Shown here: positions 50,781 to 63,780 of the stretch, piece by piece
Numbering within the stretch: position 1 is the stretch's first letter
Layout: every line of letters starts with the position of its first letter
Assembly: GCF_036365525.1 (NCBI RefSeq)
Contig: NC_090411.1
Location: 33,202,804 to 33,266,803, forward strand
From: Heterodontus francisci
Taxonomy: Eukaryota
Length of the DNA: 64,000 nt
Direction of reading: 5' to 3'
The notes under the pieces: model-generated
What the model was told of the DNA's origin: nothing
What the model saw: the letters and a program-made list of their open reading frames with translations, nothing else
The model's database searches: none
Made by a program: the position numbers and the translations under genes

Positions 50781-51529
50781 GTATCAGTACTGACACCATT
50801 CTCTCCCTTTGGGACATGAAGCAAATACATTCTTGCCTGTAAAGAGTGAAGTTCTGGGTTAGCCATCAAAACATTTTGTGTTGCCCCCTCTGGACGTACA
50901 AGTGGTCCATTCATCTCCCCAGCAATACCAGCCCAGTCGGCTTGCTGCATACTCTCAACCCAACTCTGTGACAAGCGGGCGCATGTCATGGTTTGCCATT
51001 GTCTAGAAGGTTCTTTGTTGGCTATGGCTTCTTGGTTTTTCATTACAGTAAGAAACTTTATATCCAACCAAGTTCTTCTATTTTAACAAATCTAACGGTA
51101 TCACATTGGGTCCGTCCCTCATAATGAAACTTTTGGAGCTTTGCAGGTTTAATTACGTGCTGGCCGGTCTCCAGTAGGTTGTGCCACAATGAACCACTGA
51201 CGAATTGCACCGCACAGAAGGGGGCCTTTCGGCTCATCATGTCTGTGCTGGGTCTCTGAAAGAACTATCCAAATTGGGGCCGTTTCCTCTTTCAAGTATT
51301 TATCCAATTCCCTTTCGAAAGTTACTATTGAATCTGCTTCCACCGCCCTTTCAGGGAGTGTTCCTTTTTTGTTTGTTTGTTTATTTCTGCGCATCGACGG
51401 AGAGGAGTTGGATGGGAGTAGTTTTTAATTTCTGACGCCCAGTGTCGGCATCAAGCACGCGGGTCAGTTACAGCTTAGTTAGATGACTTGGCCTGAACTC
51501 CACTTTAATCTCAAGATGCTCCTTACTGT

Positions 51530-52148
51530 ACTGTAAGGAAGTTTTGTTACAATTGTGCAGGGCTTTGGTGAGACCACACCCGGAGTACTGTGTACAGTGT
51601 TGGTCTCCATATCGAAGGAAGGATATACTCGCCTTGGAGGTAGTACAGCGAAGGTTCACTCGGTTGCTTCCTAGGATGAGAGGGTTGTCCTATGGTATGT
51701 TAAGCAGAATGGGCCTATACTGTCTGGAGTTTAGAGGAATGGGAGGTGATTTCATTGAAACATACAAGATTCTGAAAGGGCTTGATAGGGTAGATACTGA
51801 GAGGTTGTTTTCCCTGGTTGGGGAATCTAGAACATGGGACTGGGAGGGGTGGGAGGTACAGTTTCAGGATAAGGGCTGATCATTTAGGATAGGGATGAGG
51901 AGAAATGTCTTCTCCCAGAAAGTTGTGAATCTTTGGAATTCTCTACCCCAGAGGGTTGTGGATGCTCAGTCGTTGAATATCTTCAAGGCTGAGATCAATA
52001 GAATTTTGGACTTTGAGGGAATCAAGAGATTTGAGGATAAGGTGAGAAAGTGGGCATGAGTCAAGGATCAGCCATGATCTTATTGAACGATGGAGCAGTT
52101 GTGAGGGGCTATATAGCCTACTCCTCCTCCTATTTCTTATGTTCTTAA
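51530..52148 (+). mobile_element. CR1 LINE 3' fragment
   Basis: Peptide LVRPHPEYCVQCWSPYRRKDILALEVVQRRFTRL plus tail. Confidence 0.82.
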
Positions 52149-53015
52149 GCTCTTGTTTACCAGTGTGACAACTCCACTTCCATCTTTGGTGATCCTCTAT
52201 AGTTATCCAACTGGCCATTCTTTTAGAGAAAGAACTTGCATTTATATAGCGCCTTTCATGACTTCAAGACATCCCAAAGCGCTTTATAACCAATGAAGTA
52301 CTTTTGAAGTGTAGTCGCTGTTGTAATATAGGAAATGCAATAGCCAATTTGCACACAACAGGCTGCTACAAACAGCAATGTGATAATGACCGGTAATCTG
52401 TTTTAGTGATGTTGATTTGAGAGATGAATATTGGCCTAGGATACTGGGGAGGACTGTGTGTGTGTGTATGTGCGCGCTGCCTCTGTCACCCTTCTTTTGT
52501 ATTGGTGGAGGTCCTTTCTATGTGATCTGGCATTTATTTCAGCTGTTGACGCAAAGACACTGTGGTGGCTGTTGCATTTATCTTTCTCCGGTATCTTGGG
52601 GCCTCCCTCATTCAGTCTCTTGCTAATCCTGCTGATGCTGACAAAAGTTTCAGTCCTTCAATGATCTGGTGGCACAGAAAAGATAGTCTCCTTTGGCAAA
52701 AATCAGGCTTCATCTCATCGTAACGATGATCTGAGATAAACTTGAGGTCAGCACTCCCCGCTTCTTTGTGCAGTCTTTGCAGCGGGTGAGTGGAGCTGCA
52801 CTGTGTTTTGAGGCCAGCTCCCTTGAGATGCTCCTTCCTATCTCCCTTTTGAAGTTTTGTTTGTGATTGGCAATGGAAATGCTGTTTGGCAACCCATCTT
52901 CTTTAGGAGGATCTGGAACATCCTCTACAATGACTCGCTCTTCAATGCTGGCACGTATTTCTTTCCAACCTTGTTTTTCTACCCTAGTCTCCTGAAAGTA
53001 TTGACCCAAGTCAAT

Positions 53016-53370
53016 TGGGGGCGGTGCAGTGCTTAGCACCGCAGCCTCTCAGCTCCAGCGACCCGGGTTCAATTCTGGGTACTGCCTGTGTGGAGTTTGC
53101 AAGTGCTCCCTGCGTCTGCGTGGGTTTCCGCCGGGTGCTCCGGTTTCCTCCCACCACCAAAGACTTGCAGGTTGATAAGTAAGTTGGCCATTATAAATTG
53201 CCTCTAGTATAGGTAGGTGGTAGGGGAATATAGGGGCAGGTGGGGATGTGGTAGGAATATGGGATTAGTGTAGGATTATTATAAATGGGTGGTTGATGGT
53301 CGGCACAGACTCGGTGGGCCGAAGGGCCTGTTTCAGTGCTGTATCTCTAAATAAAAAAATAAATAAAAAA
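53016..53370 (+). mobile_element. V-SINE (HE1-like)
   Basis: Head, V-domain, CR1-type tail and A-rich end. Confidence 0.85.
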
Positions 53371-53469
53371 AGTGGGTATGGGTGTTTGGGCATTGATCAA
53401 ATGCCGCTCGTTAACCATGACTCAGTGGCAGGCGCATGACAACAGAGTTCACTCGATAACAACTGGAAG

Positions 53470-53840
53470 TGGGTTACCATCCCTCCAGGATTCCCCTGGA
53501 GTCTCCAGGAATTAAAGATTAATCTCCAGGTCATTGCTACGAGGAAACGGGGAAAAAAGTGATAGATTAGTTTTTTAAAAATTGTTTTTACCTTTTTTTT
53601 CTTGATATTCTATTAGTTGTAAAAATAACGGAGGTGGCATAAAGAGGCTGTTCGACTGACATCATCCAGTTGGTTAATGAAGAGTCTGTTTGCTTTCTAA
53701 TTGGCTACAGGAAAGCGGGGGTGCAGTGAGTCTGGCATGTGGAGTGACCAATGGCGGGAGTGTGGGGGAGGGGCAGTCGGAGGTGGGAGGTCATGCGATG
53801 GAACCTCCAGGTATATGTCCAATCAGAATTGGCATCCCTA
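53470..53840. mobile_element. Old non-autonomous hAT (Blackjack-like) element
   Basis: Degenerate TIRs gggttaccat / ttggcatcccta. Internal ctggagtctccaggaattaaagatt is shared, inverted, with 60845-61219. Confidence 0.55.
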
Positions 53841-54919
53841 CCTTGTCATGGATTTGAGTGGGACTATAGTGGGTGGAAGGGTGCATTTGTAAGCAGAGAG
53901 CCCCCATTACTCCCCTCCCCCCCCCACCACCCCTGCCCCCAATCCTCCTGTGCCTTGTGTTGGATGTGAGTAATTCTGGAGAAGATACCGGAAGATTACA
54001 CTGGGAATGTTGATCATTTCCACGTGTAGTTGGACTTCCTTTTCAGAGTTCCCTGTAAATACGCCTCTCCTCTTGTATTTTTCTGGAGTTATGTCATGGT
54101 TGAAGCATGTTTTTTTTAACATGATTTTATGTCCCTTCTGTTCCCATTTGACATCCAGTCTCTAACAGGCCTTGCCCTGTTAAGGCAGCAGTCCTGGGGA
54201 AACCCCTATCCATGATTCGGCTTGCAAAGAAAGGACTTCCGTTTCTGTAGTGCCTTTCATGACCTCCGGATATTCCAAAAGTGTCCCGTAGCCAATGAAG
54301 TACTTTCAAAGTGTAGTCACTGTTGTAATGTAGGGAAAGGTGGTAGACAATCTGTGCACAGCAAGCTCCTACAAACAGCAGTGAGATAAATTACCATTAT
54401 ATGATGTTGGACATCAGGGAGAATCCACTTGCTCTTTGATAAGGCCATGGGATCTTTTACATCTACCCGAGAGGGCAGATGGGACCTCAGCTCAACATCT
54501 CATCTTAAAGACAGCACCTTCAACAGTGCAGCACTCCCTCGGTACTACAGAGATGTTGGCCTGGATTATATGCTCGAGTCTATGGAGTGGAGCTTCCCAT
54601 TAAGCCACAGCTGGCACCTTTAGTGGGATTCAGTAATGTGTTACCAAACTATTCTTTATTGGAAGTGTATTTTAGCTTTCTGCTCTTCACGTTGTTAGAG
54701 GCAATATATGTTGCCTTGCAGTGCCTTGTCCAACTGTGGGGCACCCAGGCAGACTGTGAGTGAAGGGCTATGGGAGGTGCTAGGTTCCAACCCTGTTGGG
54801 GTCTTGCTGTGAGATGCGGGCAGGAAAATGTGTTTCTCTGTAAATTCCCCACCCTATCCTGTTGTGAAACTAGTGTGTGCGTGTGTACAGTAAACCTCAA
54901 ACCCATGGCATCAGATCAC

Positions 54920-55760
54920 AATCACAGAATTGTTTAAGTGCAGAAGGAGGCCATTCGGCCCATCACGTCTGCACTAGCTCTCTGAAAGAGCAGCTCCCTC
55001 AGTTCCATTCCCCCACCTTCTCTCCATAACGCTGCACATTCTTCCTTTTCATATAGCTGTCTAATTCCCTTTTGAATGCTTCAATTGAACCTGCCTCCAC
55101 TACATTCTCAGGCAGTGCATTCCAGACCATAACCACTCGCTGCGTGAGAGAGTTTTTCCTCATGTCACTTTTACTTCTCTTACCAAATATTTTAAATCTG
55201 TGCCCTCTCGTTCTTGATCCTTTCATGAGTGGGAACAATTTCTCTCTATCTACTCCGTCTAGACCCCTCTATCAAATCTCCTCTCAGCCTTCTCTTCTCC
55301 AAGGAAAACAGTCCTAACTTCTCCAATCTATCTTCATAACTGAAATTCCTCATCCCTGGAATCATTCTCCTGAATCTTTTCTGTACTCACTCGAATCCCC
55401 TCACGTCTTTCCTCAAATGTGGCGCCCAGAATTGGATGCAGTATTCCGGCTGAGGCCAAACTTGTGTCTTTTACAAGTTCAACATAACTTCCTTGCTCTT
55501 GTACTCTATGCCCCTGTTAATAACGCCCAGGATACTGTATGCTTTATTAACTGCTCTCTCAACATGTCCTGCCACCTCCAATGACTTATGCACATATACA
55601 CCTACGTCCCTCTGCTCCTACAACCCCTTTAGAATTGTACCCTTTACTTTATATTGTCTCTCCGTGTTCTTCCTACCAAAATGAATCACTTCACATTTCT
55701 CTGCATTGAACTTCATCTGCCACCTGTCTGCCCATTCCACCAACTTGTCTATGTCCTGAT
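54920..55760 (-). mobile_element. CR1 LINE fragment
   Basis: Peptide SRTRGHRFKIFGKRSKSDMRKNSLTQRVVMVWNALP; same family as 4066-4932. Confidence 0.82.
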
Positions 55761-56965
55761 GAACCTGAGTCTGCAACATGTGGTGAACGCGTGTTACATC
55801 AAAGTATTATCAAATACATTCCCTTATCCCGTCCATGAACGTGAACTCATCCAACACTCTGCTGCCCTAACTTGCACCAAGTCCCGTTCACCCATCGCCC
55901 CTGTACTTGCTGACCTATATTGGCTCCTGGTCCAGCAACTCTTCAAATTTAAAAATTCTCATTCTCGTGTTGAAAATTCCTCCATGGTCTCCCCTCCCTG
56001 TCTCCGGAGCCTCCTTCAGCTCCACAACCGTCTGATATTTCTGTATCTCCAATTCTGGCCTCATTTACATATGAGTATATGTATGCATATGTCATATGCA
56101 TCTCCCACTCTTTCCATCCACCCGCCCAGGCCCGAAACACAATTCCCCTCCCTAAAATTCTCTGCCTCCTTTTAAAATGCTGCTTAAAACCTACCTCTTT
56201 GAGCAAGCATTTGGTTACCTGAACTAATGGCTGCTGCTTTTGGCTCTGTGTCAAGCAGTGTTTGATAACGCTGCTGTGAAGTGCCTTGGGCCATTTTACT
56301 ATGTAAAAGGCGCTATAGAAATGCAGGTTGTTTGTCTCAGTAATTTCAAGCTTCTCCATGTACAATAAATGATCTGAAAGAGAGACTTTCATTTCTATAG
56401 CGTCTTCCACAACCCCAGGGGCGTCCCAAACGCTTTACAGCCAATGAAGTACTTTTTGAAGAACCCACAACCTTTCTGACGCAGAGGCGAGAGTGCTTCC
56501 CATTGAGCCACAGCTGTTATAGTGAAGTTACATGGCCTGTGTGGTAGCCTTGGTTTGTGCAGCTTGGTCTCAATCTTGTGATTATATCCACACTGCCTGT
56601 AGACTGGGTTCTCTCTTCAACTCACTGCAAATCTTGGTCCTTTCCATGAAATGCGCATTGTCCAGTGTGCAACTGACCAATGCAGATTGGCAAGATTGGT
56701 TTTGATACCCAGTGTGTTGGCTCATCTGTCAGTGGAGTGGCGTGGGAGAGCCCTGGAACAGGGAAGAGGTCTGGAGGAGAGAGTGGGACAATACGGATAT
56801 CTGACACTTTGTCAGTGTATCTGAGTGTACAGCCCAGTGCTTTGAATGTTTTTTTTGTTCACGAATATGCTCACACAAGATTTCCAATGAACAGAACAAT
56901 GAAGAAATGTCCTCTGCGACAATAGCTACATCTTCCTTTGAGCAGCTGATGCCATCTTTCAGATG

Positions 56966-57323
56966 TTTTTTTATTTTTTATTTATTTATTTAGAGATACA
57001 GCACTGAAACAGGCCCTTCGGCCCACCGAGTCTGTGCCGACCAACAACCACCCATTTATACTAATCCCAAATTAATCCCATGTTCCCTATCACATCCCCA
57101 CCATTCTCCTCCCACTCACCTACACTAGGGGCAATTTACAATGGCCAATTTGCCTATCAACCTGCAAGTCTTTGGCAGTGGGAGGAAACCGGAGCACCCG
57201 GCGGAAACCCACACAGTCACAGGGAGAACTTGCCAACTCCGCACAGGCAGTACCCAGAATCGGACCCGAGTCGCTGGAGCTGTGAGACTGCGGTGCTAAC
57301 CACTGCGCCACTGTGCCGCCCCC
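56966..57323 (-). mobile_element. V-SINE (HE1-like), full length
   Basis: Head ggggcggcacagtggcgcagtgg at 57323, V-domain and (TAAA)n tail. Confidence 0.85.
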
Positions 57324-57929
57324 AAAGTGACCAGACCCTGACAACATGTCGCTGTTTGCCGTGGTGCTGGGGGTCTGCTCGTTTGCAGGGGTCCCTGACT
57401 CTGTTGCTCCCACTGTCGGTCACTCCCATTTGAAGGAGGGGGTGGGGTGTGAAGGAAGGGTTGTGCCCCATGTGGAAATGATTGCTACCCTAGAGAAAGT
57501 CGGTCGTCTTTCCTCCAGTTGAGCAGTCAGCTTGTTGGCCTTGAAGGGAAATGGCTCATTGATGACATCTTGAGTAGTCAGTCACTGTCAGGAAGTGAGT
57601 TGGCAGAGGGGATGAAATTGGGAAAATATGAAAGTGCTATTTATGGTCACACAGTATTATTAATAGTAATTCAGTTAATCGGCAAGGCTGTGTCGGGAAC
57701 GCCTGCTAATTTAGCTGCTTTTATCACTTGCGAAAGTCTTGCTCTTAGTTTGAATCATTTTACACAAGGTTTCTGTGTGAGTTAGCGAGAATGGATGTTA
57801 ACTCAACAGCTTAAATTGGCTAAAAATGAGGGGGGGGGTGGGGGAAGAAACCCTTCAGCTAAAGGGAATCTGACTGGAGAAGTGATGGAGATCGGTAACT
57901 GTAATAAGATATTGATTGTTCATAGACAG

Positions 57930-58370
57930 GGTGTCAGCACTCACCTCTGATTCAAAACGTTGTGGGTTTGAGCCACACTTCAGAGACTTGAGCATAAAAT
58001 CAAGGCTGACTGAGTGCAGTACTGAGGGAGTGCTGCACAGTTGGAGGTGCTATCTTTTGCATGAGATGGTAAACCAAGGCCTCATTTGCCATCTCTTGTG
58101 CAACATAAAAGACTCCATGGAGCTATTTGAAGAACAGGGGAGTACTCCCTGGTGTCCTGTCCCATATTTATCACTCAACCAATAACACTTTGTAATAAAT
58201 AAATAAATAACTGGTCATTATCATATTGCTGTTTGTGGGATCTTGTGTGCTGTGTGTTTCCTTACACGACAACAGTGACTGCACTTCAGAAGTACTTCAT
58301 TGGCTGTAAAGCACTTTTGGGACATCCTGAGATTGTGAACAGTGCTTTGGAAATGCAAGTCTCTCTTTAC
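57930..58370 (+). mobile_element. Deu-domain SINE
   Basis: tRNA-like head remnant, Deu core and tail gaaatgcaagtctcttt. Confidence 0.68.
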
Positions 58371-58724
58371 AGACGTTTTCTTCAGCCTCTGTTGTATCTC
58401 GGACTGATATGAAAGTGTTGACAACTGCGCTGCGCGATGTGGAAGAGGGGCTCCGCTGGTAGAAGTGGAGTTCTCCAAAGTATAAATGCAGTAATTCTTT
58501 TCTGAGTGCCAATTATGAGATTGGGGCAAGAGCCAATGTTTCATAACATTTTGAATATTTAATTGTGAGGGCCAGTATTGCGACATCAGTGCTGCTGTTG
58601 GCCACTAGTTAGTTCTGTTCTGAAATAGTGACTGTCTGCAAGCTGTAGCTGATAAGCTAGCAAATCCAAGGCAAGGAAATCATCTCTCTTCATTCGCTGT
58701 TTAAATGTCGACCTGTTCTTTTGA

Positions 58725-58835
<111 letters not shown>

Positions 58836-60260
58836 TGATGCATAATTCCAAGTATGGGCATAGAGGGTGGACCTCTTCACTGCCTGTCTCAAATTGCCCA
58901 TCTGCCATCTGGTAATTTTTTTTAATATAACTGAGTGGCTTGCTCGGCCACTTTGACAACAGTGGTTAACATAACAAAACATCCCCGAGGCACTTCACGG
59001 GTGTGTCATCAAAACATTTGTTAGCAGGCCAATAAGGAGATATTAGGACAGGTGATCGCTTGGTCAAAGAGGTAGACTTTAAGGAGAGACTTGAAGGAGG
59101 AGAGGGAGAATGAAAGGTTTTAGGAAGGAAATTTCAGAGCTTGGGGTCTTGGCGGCCAAAGACATGGCCACCAATGGCGGGACGAAAAAAGTGGGTGATG
59201 CGCAAGAGGCCAGGATTGGAGGAGTGAAGGGACCTCGGAGGGTTATGGAGCTAGAGGAGATTACAGAAGTAGGGAGGGGTGTGGCCATGGAGGAATTTGA
59301 ACGCATTCTATGACTTGAGGGCAGGCTTAGTTAATGATTATTTCCAATGTTGCCCATGAGCGGTCGCGAGTGAGGTGACTTGATGTCAGTGTGTTGGGTA
59401 TTTATATTCCAGCATGTACATGGGTGCAAATTGACATTTGTACTTTGTTGGGGTGGGGAGGGGATTGTCTCTCCAATCAGGAGCTAGATGCTTTCTTTTT
59501 TTACATGCATGAATCTGAGCCTGATTGCGATCATGACATTAAATGGAAACCTTTTCCTTGCATGCACGGAGTCTCTTCCTAAATCCTCGTTCAAGTACTG
59601 AACACTGTGTCTGTCTGGACTTGTTCATGACGAATGACCACGTGTATAGGACACCAGAGTGCTCCTGGCCCAGGTGGAACTGTATCCCAGTAACAGTCAC
59701 TCCCCTCAGGCGAGGAGGTAGGGGGAAATGATTGAGGGGAAAGAGAGAGGGGGGGGGGGGGGGTGCAGGGAAAAAAACACAGCAGTTGAGAAACTCAACC
59801 TTTCCCTTTTTTTTTGTTTGTTTGTTTTAATATTTCTGGCCATTTCTTTCTCTCCCTGCTGGTTTTGCGAGAAAGCAGAGGGGGAGGAAAGTGTAGATTT
59901 GAACGAGCGAGTCAGGCTGAGACTTGATTTTGGGCCCCAGTTGGCAACAACCTGTTAATCATCAAGGAGGATTCCGGTGTGGTCCTAGTGCCTGATCACA
60001 CGATGCATAGTTTAACCATGAAGGAATTTTAATTCTGTCAGTATGGGGTAACTTCCTTAGTTGTAACTATGGAAACCATGTCTAAAACTTGCCTGTGCTG
60101 GTACGCACTGTGTAAACTTGTGAAAAGAAAAGTCCCCTGCGGACTTAAATATATTAAATACTTTCCTGATGAGGAAGTATTCTTTAGTGCTCGCTTCATT
60201 AATTTTTGATTTTTTTTGTTTTCCCCTCTCCCTCACTTTCCTACTTTTTCAAAAAAAAAG

Positions 60261-60363
60261 TTTTGGACACTGCTGGGCAAGAGGAGTTTGGAGCCATGAG
60301 GGAACAGTATATGCGCTCGGGTGAAGGCTTTCTCCTCGTCTTTGCCATCAATGATCGGGGAAG
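60261..60363 (+). CDS. RRAS: R-Ras coding exon 3
   Basis: (I)[33 protein letters not shown](S) (G3, switch II); donor AG|GTAGGA; 103 nt; phases match the neighbouring exons. Confidence 0.93.
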
Positions 60364-60844
60364 GTAGGATGTTCAATATCTTTTTATCAAAATGCTACAT
60401 TGAGAATTTCCCCAGTAACCTGGCTGGTGATTGGACTGTCCATATGATACTGAGCCATGGAGACCTGGAAGGTGCTTGGTTCACTCACCCAGTCTGTGCC
60501 AGTCAGGGCACAAATAGAGTTTTCCCCTTGGTTTGGGGTGGTGGAGGCACCGAAAGATGGAGAGCGTGGTGAAACTTCTAGATCAGGAAGGGAGATGAGG
60601 AGAGATTTTTTTTTCATGGAGTTGTCGTGATCTGGAACACTCAACCTGAAAAGTTGGTGGAAGCTGATTCCATAAATAATTTTCAAAGGGAGTTGGATAG
60701 CTGCATGAGGATGAGGAACTGACAGGCTTACACGCACAAAGCAGGGTTGTGGGACTGAGCACCACTGCTCTTTCAAAGGGCCAGCACTATCGAATGGCCT
60801 CCTTCTGTGCTTTTCATTCTATGAAATAAACCAGAACTTCTGAT

Positions 60845-61219
60845 TAGAGTTCCCAACTCTGATTGACCATGCTCCTGGAGGTTTCATCACATGACCACAC
60901 GCCTCCAGTCACCTTGCCCCCACACTCCTGTCATTGGTCATCTATTCTCCCACCCCTCCATGCCAATTGGAAAGATTCATTACTTAAATGAATGGTTCTT
61001 GATTCAGTCAAACAGCCTTTTACCCTGCAGACTCAGCCCCAATCTCTCAATATTGTTAGAGCTGCTAAACAAATGTTCAAAGAAAATGGAAGGAACACAT
61101 TTGTGTTTCGAATGCCCCTATGATTTTTCTCCCAAGGGTTTGAGATTGCAGCACTGTCCTGGAGATGAATCTTTAATTCCTGGAGACTCCAAACCAATCC
61201 TCGAGAGTTGGCAACCCTC
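60845..61219. mobile_element. Old non-autonomous hAT (Blackjack-like) element
   Basis: TIR-like ends TAGAGTTCCCAACTCT and AGAGTTGGCAACCCT; TSD is degenerate. Confidence 0.6.
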
Positions 61220-61646
61220 CATCCAATAGCGATCCACAGAGCTCCACTGCCATACGTCTGCATGTGGATTGGGCTTGTTGAGCAGCCCATCTGCCAACTT
61301 GCTGGTCTGTGTTCGTACTTGAAGGACAGCTAGTTGCGTGAGGTGGGAAAGTGAGCAGTGCCTGTGGGGGCTGTAACCCCACTGTGAGTCTACACTTTCA
61401 GCAAAGGGAGGAAAATTGGAAGGGAGAACAGGAAGGTTGTTCTCTAGAATGATGTCTAGTTGCTCCTCACAGTTTGCAGTTGGCCACCACAAGATCCAGC
61501 CAAGCCATTCCTCGGCCTTCCTTCACCACACGGACTGCAGCAGCTCAAGAAGGTGGCCCACCAGCTCCCGAGCCTAGTGGCCTTTCCAGTGATGCCCACA
61601 CTTTTCAAGAATTAAATTCAGAAATAAATCATTCTTCTTTTTGCAG

Positions 61647-61755
61647 TTTTGATGAGATTAGTAAGTTTCACCGCCAGATTCTCCGAGTGAAGGACCGAGA
61701 TGAATTTCCCATGATCCTCATTGGGAACAAAGCCGACCTTGAGCACCAGCGACAG
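61647..61755 (+). CDS. RRAS: R-Ras coding exon 4
   Basis: Acceptor ttgcag; [36 protein letters not shown] (G4 NKAD); donor CAG|GTGAGT; 109 nt. Confidence 0.93.
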
Positions 61756-61848
61756 GTGAGTAACACTAGGGGTGGAAGGTCAGGGTGTGGGGCAGTGGTG
61801 GGGTTTCTTTAATAAATAACCACCTGTCCTGTGCTCGTTGTACTGTAG

Positions 61849-61967
61849 GTGATGAAAGAGGAGGCAGAGAATCTCGCCCGGCAGCTTAAAGTAACCTACT
61901 TGGAGGCCTCTGCAAAAATCCGATTGAATGTAGACAACGCATTTCACAATCTAGTGCGAGCAATTCG
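61849..61967 (+). CDS. RRAS: R-Ras coding exon 5 (the final CAAX exon is outside the window)
   Basis: Acceptor ctgtag; [39 protein letters not shown](R) (G5 SAK); donor CG|GTAAGC; 119 nt. A long pyrimidine tract at 63900-64000 may precede the last exon. Confidence 0.92.
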
Positions 61968-62016
61968 GTAAGCTCGTTACTTGCTCTCTCAGAAAGATGC
62001 TATACTAACATAATAT

Positions 62017-62435
62017 TAAAAGCAAAATACTGCAGATATTGGAAATCTGAACTAAAAACAAGAAACGCTGGAAATACAGCAGGTTTGGCGGGATTTGTGG
62101 AGAGAGAAGCAGAGTTAACATTTTCAGGTCTGTGACCTTTCATCGGAACTGGCGAAGGTTAGAAATGTAAAGGGTTTTTAGCAAATAAAGCGGGGGGTGG
62201 GGCAAGAGATAACAAAAGTGAAGGTGTTGCTAGGACAAGGTCATGGAGAATAACTGACCAGAAGGTCATGGAGTAAAGGCAAACAGTATGTTAATGGTGT
62301 GCTGAAAGACAACGCGTTAGTACAGAGAGAGTGTTAATGGACAGAAAAATGAACAGCCCTGGCCCAAAGCACAAACATGACAAAACAGTGGGCAGGCACA
62401 TGGTTAGAAAAATTAATGATGAAACAAACTAAAAT
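62017..62435 (-). mobile_element. Penelope-like pseudo-LTR/3' fragment
   Basis: Reverse complement of 27500-28256 without the SINE insertion. Confidence 0.72.
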
Positions 62436-62984
62436 CTATTATAATATATTAACAGTCGGTTCCAATGGGTTAACCATGTGACATTCAACAACAAGTTGCA
62501 TTTATAGAGTGCCTTTAACTTAAGTAAAATGTCCCAAGGCACCTCACGGTTGAGTTATCAAACAAAATTTGGCACCGAGCCACATAAGGAGATATTCGGA
62601 CAGGTGACCAAAATCTTGGTTTTAAGGAACATCTTTGAGGACAGAGAACGAAGCAGAGAGGTTTAGGAAGGGAATTCCAGTGCGTAGGATCTAGACAGCT
62701 GAAGGCACAGCCACCGATGGTGGAACAGTTAAAATCGGGGATGCATAAGAGGACGGAATTGGAAGAGATCTCGAAAGGTTATGGGCCTGGCGGAAGTTAC
62801 AGAGTTGGGGAAGGATGAGGTCATACAGGGATTTGAAAACCAGAATGAGAATTACAGAATTCAGAAAGGCCAATATCTTTTGCATCACCTCATCACATTG
62901 CTTAAACTTTTCCTGAGCATCCTGTAATGAATCAACTATGAAGCAGAGCCATGGTTAGATGGGCAGGCACTGAATGCATTTCAA

Positions 62985-63780
62985 AGGAAACCTTTGTACG
63001 TGAAGTAACATTTGTGCCACTTAAGTGTCAGGAAATGACGATCACCAATAAATGGCGATCTAACCATCTCCCCTCGACCTTCAACAGCATTACTACTGCT
63101 GAATCTGCCACTGTCAACATCCTGGGGCTTGCCATTGATCAGAAACTGAGCTGAACAGTCACATAAATACTGTGGCTGCAAGAACATATCAGAGGCTGAG
63201 AATTCAGCAGTGAGTAACTCACCTTCTGACTCCCCAAAGCCTGTCCACAATCTACAAGGCACAAGTCAGGAGTGTCACACTTGCCTGGATGAGTGCAGCT
63301 CCAACAACACTCAAGATGTTCGACATCATCCAGAACAATGTAGCCCTCTTGATCGGCACCTCATCCGCCACCTTCAATATTCAATTACTCCACCACTGGT
63401 GCACAGTGGCAGCAGTGTATACCATTTACAAGATGCACTGCAGCAACGCACCAAGACTCCTTCGACAGCACCTTCCAAACCCGCGGCCTCTTCCGCCTAG
63501 AAGGACAAGGGCAGCAGTTGCGTGGGAACACCACCACCTGCAAGTTCCCGTTCAAGTCACACACCATCCTGACTGGGAACCATATCGCTGTTCCTTCACT
63601 GTCGCTGGGTCAAAATCCTGGAACTCCCTTCCTAACAGCACTGTGGGTGTACCTACCCCTCATGGACTGTAGCAGTTCAAGAAGGCTTTCACCACCAACT
63701 TCTCGAGCAATTAGGGATGGGCAACAAATGCTGCCCTTGCCAACGATGCCCACATCCCATGAATGAATTAAAAAAAAAAT
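62985..63780 (+). mobile_element. 5'-truncated CR1/L2-group LINE (second family)
   Basis: Peptides VTFVPLKCQEMTI, NILGLAIDQKLS and YTIYKMHCSNAPRLLRQHLP...GSKSWNSLP; tail cccatgaatgaattaaaaaa. Confidence 0.8.

Larger units (their letters stand above)
47027..57585 (-). pseudogene. Possible decayed coding sequence antisense within RRAS intron 1, fragmented by TE insertions
   Basis: Non-repeat islands carry long stop-poor minus-strand frames (57585-56626, 52991-52470, 51200-50780, 50043-49242, 48837-48574, 47248-47027). Splice-like sites at 57586, 56625 and 52992. No recognisable protein family. Confidence 0.3.
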
